Part shown: piece by piece, positions 52,590-61,251 of the stretch
How the letters are laid out: each line of letters begins with the position of its first letter
Numbering within the stretch: the stretch's first letter is position 1
Assembly (NCBI RefSeq): GCF_001447785.1
Contig: NW_015159786.1
Span: forward strand, 196,331-257,581
Direction: 5' to 3'
DNA length: 61,251 nucleotides
From: Gekko japonicus
Lineage: Eukaryota
Program-made: the position numbers and the translations under genes
Notes under the pieces: model-generated
Seen by the model: the letters and a program-made list of their open reading frames with translations, nothing else
Databases searched by the model: none
What the model was told of the DNA's origin: nothing

Positions 52590-54520
52590 CTCTAAGTCAT
52601 GAGCCTCTGTTGGTTTGCCAGATTTTAGAACTGTTGTGTTCCTGCCCGATTCCCTTCCCTGTGGATCTGTTCTTTTGACCTCTGTTCCCTTAGCGGGTTA
52701 GTGCCAGGCAGTCTCTCAAGGAAGAGTTCTTTGGGTTTTTTTCTGTCTTGGAATGCAGAACATATTCTAAACAGAGGACAGAGTGAATTATGTTTGGGAA
52801 CAGAATTGATGAACTCTCTTTGAAATCCCAGGCCCTGACCTTTTGCCCACTTCACTCTGTAACAGGGGGAACTCATGATGCCGGTGGGGGAGCGGGCTGC
52901 TATCAGAATGAGTTCACTCTTATATTTGCCAGGAGCAAAGCTCTGAAGTGAGGTATTTCTCTCTCCCAGATAGACCTTGGTAAAAAGGGGGGGGGGAGAG
53001 GTTCTCATTAGATTTTCAGAGAAAATCCCTTTACAGTGGGACTTTTAGAAAACACTACCTCTGTGCGCTTTTTAAAGAACCATACGAACACAAATGGTAT
53101 AATCTTTATTTCCACGTTACCTTTCAAACACTTACAAGAAAGGTTATATAAGAGTGTCACAAAACAGCCCATTCTCCCCCCAGTTTTCCCAAAGAAAGAC
53201 CCGCGATTGGAGTTCAGAAGAGGTAATCTTGTAAACATGTGTCGTCGTCCGCGTGGAGGAAATTCTGCAAGTGAACCTGGCTTAATACCCCCCCCCCAAA
53301 GCAACACACACACACACACAAAGGATTGGTAGAGTTCTTACCAACTCTAATAAAATCTAATCAAGAGTCTTCACGTTACGAAACATACTGGAAAAGAGAT
53401 ATTGTCAGGCAACATCTGAACATCTGGTCCCAAGGGAAGTGGGCTTACGAGCTGCACATTTTTCTCAGTACGCTGCGACCGAGCCACTGGCTCAATCCTA
53501 CACACACACCCCTTTCACTGCTTTCCTGGTGGGTCGGGAAATGGAAGTCAAGTGAAACAAAATACATAGGAAAACAACTTCTCTTATTTACATCGAAGAC
53601 CGGCTTTGTGTGGAGCTGGCAGTGACGCCCGGGCATCGGGCCGTCTGAGAGGTGCCCCGGAATGTAGGAGCTGGCTAGAAAGGTGGGTGGGTGGCCCTGC
53701 TTCCCCCCCCCCCCCCCGGCACGAGTGGCGAGCCGCCCTTGGCAGTCGGGCGCCTGAAGCTGAGCCGGAGGTCTCCTGGGGGGGGTGTCTAAAAATCTGC
53801 ACAGCCAACTGACTCTCCGGTGGCCCATCAGAAGCCTTGCTGGGCTGAAGCCCCACCCAGTGTCTGGAAGCTTTTGGTGGGCAGCAGCGAAGGTGCCAGC
53901 AGGTGCCAAGGAGACCCATGGGCACCAACTTGGGGACTTCCATCCTACAGAGATTGTGGAGGAAACAACCAGACGGGGGCAAAAGCTATTAATGTCTAAC
54001 TATCTTCATAAGCCTTTTTATTTACACGAGTCCCACCACTCGTCCCTCTTGCCTGGCGGTCTATAAGCAGTGACTCTGACATCATGAGCAGTCCCCGTCC
54101 CCTCTCCCCCCCATGGAGATGTCAGGGAGTAACTTGATCGTACTGCCTGCAAAGCCTGCGAACTGTGGTCCCTCGTTCCCCTCCACACCAGGCCCAAGTC
54201 CCCTAACCCCCTCCCCCCTGTAGGGCCGGGCTGACAAAGTGGCTTTGCTCCCAACGGTAACACAAGAGGGACTGAGAAGCCACCGTTTCCTGTTCCTTCT
54301 GCTTCGGCTTGTGCAAAGCAGGCATTTTAGAACGCCTTCCCTGATGGAGAAACAGGCGAGAGCTGGAGCTGGGGGGCGGCTTGCATATCTTGGACATAGA
54401 AAAGGTCAATGGGGAAAGTAAGGAAGTGCGCATCACCCCGTGCTCCCTGTCCCCCTCGCACGATTGTAAAAACCGCAATGCAATTGGCAAGGAGGTATTC
54501 CCATCCCTGAAGTTGTAGAT

Positions 54521-54839
54521 CAGTGATGGCGAACCTTTTAGAGGCCGAGTGCCCAAACTGCGACCCAAAACCCACTTATTGATCGCAAAGTGCCAACACG
54601 GCAATTTAACCTGAATACTGAAGTTTTACTTTAGAAAAAACAACTTATACATTAACTTAAGATGATCCAAACAAAGTAAGGAAAGCAATCCCAAATGCTT
54701 TCATTTACTTAAAATTATTTGGCAGAGACTTGTACACTTTAATGATGGTCTGGGCCTGGCTAGGGTGACGGCATGCGGGCCCACAGAGAGGGCTCTGAGT
54801 GCCACCTCTGGCACCCGTGCCATAGGTTCACCACCACTG
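54521..54839. mobile_element. hAT-type MITE family C
   Basis: TSD ttgtagat / ttgtggat. Confidence 0.85.
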
Positions 54840-55595
54840 TTGTGGATTTTGCCCCACCACCCATTTCTTACGATAGCATCCATCTGATCTAGCAAGTTCC
54901 AATGAAAGAGGCTCTGCTAGCCACATAGCGCCTTTCCTGCCTGGAACAGTGTCCCAGCTGCGAGAGACACAAACTCCGGGAAGGGCTCGGCTCGGAGGCC
55001 TCTGGCACAAACTTGCAGCTGGGGCAGCGGTTATCATGGACTCGGGGCAAAGGCCGGGGGTGGCACGGTGACCTGGATTCCCATCTCTGTTATAAAGCAC
55101 CAAACCGATCGACGTCTGTGGAGTCTGGCAGTGATGGGAAGAGGGCGGGAAGGCCTTGGCGTGAGCACCTGTCGTGGGGGGCACAGTGCAGGAACCTGGC
55201 TCAGGGTAGCTCGTGACAGCCACTGACGCGGCTTCCACCTGGTGCTGGTCTTCTGAGGCCGCTTCCTTCAGAGAGAGCGGTGTATGGCGGGTGCTTCCAC
55301 ACAACAGCCCACAGAGCCTGGCCGAGGCCTTCCAGCATTGAAGCCTGGCTCTCACCTGCGCCAAGGGAAGTGAGGTGCAGACATAACGGAGCCTCTCTTG
55401 GCCGACTGTGGAGACGCCCCAGTCTCGTGGTGGTGGCAGCCTTCTCTGAAGGGCGGGTCAGTGCCCACCTGCCTCCAGGCCCCAGCCACAAGTCAGGAGA
55501 AGGAGCAACGGAAAGCTCAGGGCACATGTGGGGCAAAGGCAGAAGAGGTGGGCAGGACGGGACGGACGCGGCCTTGGCAGCAGCCGCCGGAGCCC

Positions 55596-56161
55596 TCAGA
55601 GAGAGAAGAAGCCGGCGAGGCAGAGCAGGAAAGCCGGCAGGTGGGCCAAGGGCCAGGGCTGGGCTCCGGACGTCCACGCCCGGTAGTTGTAGCTGCCCTC
55701 CCCTGTGCCGTTGCCAGAGTAGAGCTCCACGTGGTCCGGGCCACCCTCTCCAGCTGACCTCATCCTGGCAGCCGCGGCAGCCGCCCCCCCTGCCGCAGCC
55801 CCCCCTGCCGCCGCGGCCGCCAGCCGGACGTCCACGCCCGGTAGTTGTAGCTGCCCTCCCCTGTGCCGTTGCCAGAGTAGAGCTCCACGTGGTCCGGGCC
55901 ACCCTCTCCAGCTGACCTCATCCTGGCAGCCGCGGCAGCCGCCCCCCCTGCCGCAGCCCCCCCTGCCGCCGCGGCCGCCAGCCGCAGCGACCCCCCAGAG
56001 GAGCTGTAGCGGGTAGAAGACTTGGACCGCCGCGTGCTTCCCCGGGCGCTGCCCCGGGCAGCCCCTCGGGCTCCGCCTCGCCCGCCTTTGGAGTTGGCGT
56101 CCTCAAAGAAGAAGGCAGCCAGGAGAATGAGGGTCCAGCCGATGGCCACGCTCCATTTCAT
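55596..56161 (-). CDS. SPRN: Shadow of prion protein (Shadoo); frameshifted as assembled by a 158-bp internal duplication
   Basis: Signal peptide MKWSVAIGWTLILLAAFFF; KGGRGGARGAARG RGG box; hydrophobic LRLAAAAAGGAAAGGAAAAAA; NGT sequon; YRAWTSGA plus hydrophobic GPI-type tail. 135 aa if one duplicate is removed. Acceptor at 56178-56179. Confidence 0.93.
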
Positions 56162-57041
56162 CGTCACAGTGCCAGGCCTGCAAGGAAATGGGAACAGGAG
56201 GGCGATCAGCACTGCAGCGAGAGAAGCACGGGGGAGGGCTGGGGTAGGACTCGGATCCGGGAGACCCGTGCCCCAGGACCCCCCCGCTCTGCCCCACAAG
56301 CTCCCTGGGTGACCTTGGGCAAGGCACGGGGGGAAGGGTCGTGGCTTAGCGGGAGAGCCTCTGCTTGGCACGCAGAACGTCCCAGGTTCAATCCCTGGCA
56401 TCTCTCCCGTTGAAAAGGCCCGGGCAGCAGGGGATGGGAAGGGCCTCTGCTAGGAATTCTGGGGAGCCACTGCCCGTCTGAGTAGACACAGCTGCCCCCA
56501 AGGGACCAGTAGCCGGGCTGAGGGTGAGGCACCTTCACGTCTTCCTGTGTGCCTGCTCACGCTCCGCCTCACCGGGCTCCTGGCGCTGGGAGAATGCAAT
56601 GGGAGAGAGGGGAACCATGTAAGCAGCTGAGTGTAAGTGAAACGAGTAAGAACAATGGCCAATTCAGAGGCATTTCTCGGGGGCCCTGCCGTGCATTGGG
56701 GCCAAGAGCCCCTCTGCCCTCCGGCCTCCATCTGAACGGTCAAGCAGGTGTGCAGCTTGGAGACACAGGCCGGCGGTCCCCCGCGGTCTCTGCTTTCCAG
56801 CCTTCTCTTTCCTTGGCCTGAGCGACGGCACCGTGTCCCAGGAGCCTTTCCGCAGGAGCAGCGCCACTCAAGTAAGAGTTCCAGAGGAGGGCCCGCTCCC
56901 GATCCGACAGAGGCATGAAATGCAACATCTCAGAATGCGCCCGTGAACGGATCTCTGCTGTTGGCCCAACACAGTTGAGAAGAGCCAGAGTCCAGGAGCT
57001 CCTGAAAGGCTAACAACATTTGTGGCCGGGTAGGCGCTTTT

Positions 57042-57135
57042 GCCTTTGGAGTTGGCGTCCTCAAAGAAGAAGGCAGCCAGGAGAATGAGGGTCCAGCCGA
57101 TGGCCACGCTCCATTTCATCGTCACAGTGCCAGGC
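57042..57135 (-). pseudogene. SPRN: Duplicated SPRN acceptor plus first 26 codons (ATG 57119)
   Basis: Identical MKWSVAIGWTLILLAAFFFEDANSKG, then reads into intron-derived sequence with a stop at 56868. Confidence 0.8.
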
Positions 57136-58159
57136 CTGCAAGGAAATGGGAACAGGAGGGCGATCAGCACTGCAGCGAGAGAAGCACGAGGGAGGGCCGG
57201 GGTCTGACTCGCTCGGATCCGGGATACCCGTGCCCTGGGACCCCCTGCTCTGCCCCACAAGCTCCCTGGGTGACCTTGGGCAAGGCACAGGGGGAGAGCC
57301 TCTGCTTGGCACGCAGAAGGCCCCAGGTTCAGTCCCCGGCGTCTCTCCCGTTGAAAAGGCCCCGGGCAGCAGGGGATGGGAAGGACCTCTGCTAGGAATT
57401 CTGGGAGCCCTGCCCGTCTCAGTAGACACGGCTGCCCCCGAGGGACCAGTAGCCGGGCTGAGGGTCTTCCTCTGTGAGGGTCTTCCTCTGTGCCTGCCCA
57501 CGCTCCGCCTCACCCGGCTCCTGGTGCTGGGAGAATACAGTGGAAGAGAGGGGAACCATGTAAGCAGCTGTGGGTTCCAACAGGGGAGGGAGGCCGAGTG
57601 TAAGTGAAACGAGTAAGAACAAGGGCCAATTCAGAGGCATTTCTCGGGGGCCCTGCCGTGCTTTGGGGCCAAGAGCCCCTCTGCCCTCCAGCCTCCATCT
57701 GAACGCTCAAGCGGGTGCGCAGCTTGGAGACATGGGTCTCTGCTTCCCAGCCTTCTCTTTCCTTGGCCTGAGCGACGGCGCCGTGTCCCAGGAGCCTTTC
57801 CGCAGGAGCAGCGCCACTCAGGTAAGAGGGCCCGCTCCCGATCCGACAGAGGCAATGAAATGCAACCTCTCAGAATGCGCCCATGAACGGATCTCTGCCA
57901 TTGGCCCAACACAGTTGAGAAGAGGCAGAGTCCAGGAGCTCCTGAAAGGCTAACAACATTTGTGGCCGGGTAGGCGCTTTCGTGAGTCGTGCAGCGACTC
58001 AGAAAAGCTCCTCCCCGCCACAAATTTTGTTCGTCTTTCAGGTGCTCCTGGACTCTGGCTCTTTTCTACTGGGAGGTCTGCGTGACTCCCGAAAGCTCCT
58101 CCCCTGCCACAAATTTTGGTATTTATTTATTCATTCAATTTACAGCCCCCCTCTCTGGC

Positions 58160-58397
58160 CCCAGCTCCTGCCAACCTAGCAGTTCGAAAGCAAGAAACTG
58201 CAAGTAGATAAATAGGTACCGCTTTGGTGGGAAGGTAACAGCGTTCCGTGCCGCCTTGGTGTTTAGTCATGCCGGCCACATGACCATGGAAACGTCTTTG
58301 GACAGCGCTGGCTCTTCGGCTTGGAAACGGAGATGAGGACCGCAATCCTAGAATCGGATTCGACTGGCTTTCGAGCAAGGGAACCTTTACCTTTACC
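58160..58397 (+). mobile_element. Sauria SINE 3' fragment
   Basis: 3' two-thirds and tail. Confidence 0.75.
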
Positions 58398-59743
58398 TCC
58401 CCTGTTTAACAGGGCTCAGAGCAGGTAACAACCATTCATAAAACATTCCGTACGGTTAAAATATTAGAACAGTTCTATAATACAACAATATGACAGCAAC
58501 TGAACACCGCTAATAGATGGAATAGAAAAGGGGCACAATCTAGTGCTCCTTATCCGGGGGGGGGGGGGGGAGAAAAATTCTAAAATGTTATGTATCTACA
58601 ATACAATAAACAACAACCAATAACACTAGTAGATTGGATATAAAAGGGGCACACCTAGTGCTCCTTATGGGGGGGGAGAGATAAATATCCTAAAATCTGC
58701 CTGATAAGAAGTGGAGGGGAGGGGGGAAGAGCAAGAGAGGCCAGCCTAAGGTGGGGAAAAACCCGCTGCCCTCAACCATGGGCCTGACGGAACAATGCCG
58801 TCTTACAGGCCCTGCGGAACTGCATTAGGTCCCACTGGGCCCGGATCTCACCCAGCAGAGTGTAACGCCAAGCCGAAGCCAAGGCCCAGAAAGCCCTGGT
58901 TCTGGTCGAGGACAGCCGGATACTCTTTGGGCCAGAGGCCACCAGTAGGTTGTTATCACCGGAGCATAACGTTCTTTGGGTGTGTACCGGGAGAGGCAGT
59001 CCCAAAGGCAAGCTGGTCCCAAACTGTTTAGGGCTTTTCAGGTTAATACCAAAACCTTGAGCCCGATCCGGTGTTCTACCTGGAGCCAATGCAGCTGGCA
59101 GAGCACCAGCTGGATATGGGCTCTGAAAGGAGTTCCTGTAAGAACACGCCGCTGGCATTCTGGACCAGCTGTAGTTCCCGGGTCAGCCTCAAGGGTAGCC
59201 CTACCTGGACCCAGTTACAGTAGTCTAATCTGGAGGTGACCCTTGCATGGATCACCTGTGGCTAAGTCAGAGGAACACAGGGAGAGGACCAGTTGCTTAA
59301 CCTGGAGCCAGTTTAAAATGGCCGTCTAGCTACCTTTGTGACCTGGGCCTCGTGGAAAGGGGAGCATCCAGAATTACGCCCAGAATTCTGACAGTCGGTG
59401 CTGGTGTTGAAGGCAGACCCCCAAGAGCCAGGCGTTGGGGCCTGACCTGGAGAGCCCCGGTAAGCCCGCTCTCATCAGATCTCGGAAGCTAAGCAGGGTC
59501 GACTCTGACAAGTGTGGGAGGCGGGGGGCAGGCTTGATTCAGCCCCCTCTCTGAATATCCTCCCGGCCCTCAGGAGGCCTCAGTCCCCAGAGGTCGCCAT
59601 GACTTCCAGGTGCGCTCACATTCACCTGCACAGGGACACACACTTTTTTTTTTCAAACAAAGCCCAGCAGTTGGCACCCTAACCCTGACTCTCCAATTTA
59701 TTTTATGATTCAGGCATCTTTTGTATGGTCAAATCTAGCTTGT

Positions 59744-60238
59744 ATTTAAAGTGGACATATTCCCAAATGAACAATCAATACAACCAAGGGCACAGCAATC
59801 TGAAAACACCAAAATAAAGGAATTGCTGCAATCAGTTCACAAATTTACAGAATAATGACAAAAAATGGGCATTTTCATGTTGTATAAATCCCAAAATTCT
59901 TCTTTTAATCAACAGGTCAGATGACGAACATCTCAAGTTTCCAGAGTTCGTTTCGAGATCTTTATCAAAATTCTGACAGTCCGTTAAAACTAGTGGTTAA
60001 CACAAGAGCTATTTGTAGCCATTCTGAGTTTGAGATTCCTTATATTGGATTGTTTGAAAAATACAGCAAAACAGAATTTTGATAAAGACCTCGAAACGAA
60101 TTCTGGAAACTTGAGATGTTCGTCAACTGACCTGTTGATTAAAAGAAGAATTTTGGGATTTATACATCATGAAAATGCCCATTTTTTGTCATTATTCTGT
60201 AAATTTGTGAACTGATTGCAGCAATTCCTTTATATTGG
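59744..60238. mobile_element. Fold-back element (Penelope-like), ~165-bp inverted arms
   Basis: Arms ~59810-59975 and ~60072-60238; flanked by 14-bp direct repeat caaatctagcttgt. Confidence 0.7.
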
Positions 60239-60417
60239 CAAATCTAGCTTGTGACAACTTGAGTTAGGCCTGACATAGCCACAACTATCTATTTTATAAT
60301 TTCTTTTGGATTGTTTTATTGGTAAATGCTTCTAATATTGTATGCCAATAAAAGGTATTTGAATTGAATTGAATTGACTCTCCCCTGCCCAGCCACAGGA
60401 CCAATGCTCCCTCTAAC

Positions 60418-60705
60418 CAGTGATGGTGAACCTTTTAGAGACCGAGTGCCCAAACTGCGACCCAAAGCCCACTTATTGATCGCAAAGTGCCAACATGGCA
60501 ATTTAACCTGGATACTGAGGTTTTACTTTAGAAAAAACAACTCATACATTAACGTATGACGATCCAAACAAAGTAAGGAAAGCAATCCCAAATGCTTTCA
60601 TTGACTTAAAATGATTTGGCAGAGAATTCGACTTTAATGATGGTCTGGGCCTGGCTGGGGTGATGGCACCCGTGCCCACAGAGAGGGCTCTGAGTGCCAC
60701 CACTG
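60418..60705. mobile_element. Family C MITE nested in a family A MITE (60402-60904)
   Basis: Interrupts the family A TIR; outer flanks cacaggac / cccaggac. Confidence 0.8.
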
Positions 60706-60904
60706 CAGTCTAAACTGTGGAGCCTTGTGAGCAAAAATCCTACTTTGTGAGCTGCCGGCATTAAATTTGTGAACGAGGGATTTGCCCCCTGTATAAATCG
60801 GTTTGCTCTGGAGCCCTCCCTCCTGAGCTGAGACACAAATGTGTGAGCCGGAGGCTACGGAACTGTGAGCTGGCTCACACCGACTCGGCTTCGGGGGAGC
60901 ACTG

Positions 60905-61251
60905 CCCAGGACCTCCGCGGGCTCTTCTGCAGCCACCCCGCCACAGGCAGCCTCCAACCCCTCCGCCCCAAGATCTGGGGCTGCGGCGGCGGCTCTCCAT
61001 CCCATCCGTCCGGGAGGCTCTCCCGGGGCCAAGGGGGCCTCTCCCGGGAACCGACGCGAGGGAGGCCGCGTCCCCTCGCTCCCCTTCCCCGCGGCGGTCC
61101 GGGGAGTCCTTCTGCACGGGGGTCGGCGCGCGAAGAAGCCGGGGCTGCGCCCGAGCAGGGCTTGCAAAACGGCGGCTCCACCGAGACGCGTCTTCTCGGC
61201 GGGGGAGAAACGGCTCCGCTGCCCGGCTGCTCCTGCCGCAGCCCCCCTTTG
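60905..61251. promoter_or_regulatory. CpG island edge, likely SPRN promoter / non-coding exon 1 region
   Basis: Very GC- and CpG-rich; upstream of the SPRN coding exon in - orientation. Confidence 0.45.

Noticed and set aside
55201-55915. Long overlapping ORFs of 211-233 aa
   Set aside because: Alternate-frame and antisense products of GC-rich, duplicated SPRN sequence

Overview
Vertebrate genomic DNA. The repeat content (Sauria SINEs, RTE/BovB, CR1, hAT MITEs, Penelope-like relics) points to a squamate reptile, possibly a gecko. There are four N gaps: 30051-30207, 36890-36963, 38149-38389 and 50836-50874. Gene order, left to right: (1) a CBY2/SPERT-like coiled-coil exon on the - strand, running off the left edge; (2) a complete 5-exon TMEM72-like gene on - (7554-17894); (3) PAOX exons 2-7 on + (23771-31241), with no recognisable exon 1; (4) a candidate small orphan exon/ORF on - (34127-34368); (5) MTG1 on +, 11 exons (37284-~50835+), with a probable GC donor in intron 1 and a U12-type AT-AC intron 2; (6) SPRN/Shadoo on -, disturbed by two tandem duplications (a 158-bp frameshifting internal copy and a ~958-bp diverged copy of the acceptor plus signal peptide). 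PAOX-MTG1-SPRN is the known conserved amniote order. I see no evidence of a new multi-gene system. The best leads are the SPRN rearrangements, the possible nesting of two genes in PAOX intron 1, and the orphan ORF divergent from the MTG1 promoter. Gene identities come from remembered protein motifs, not from database searches.
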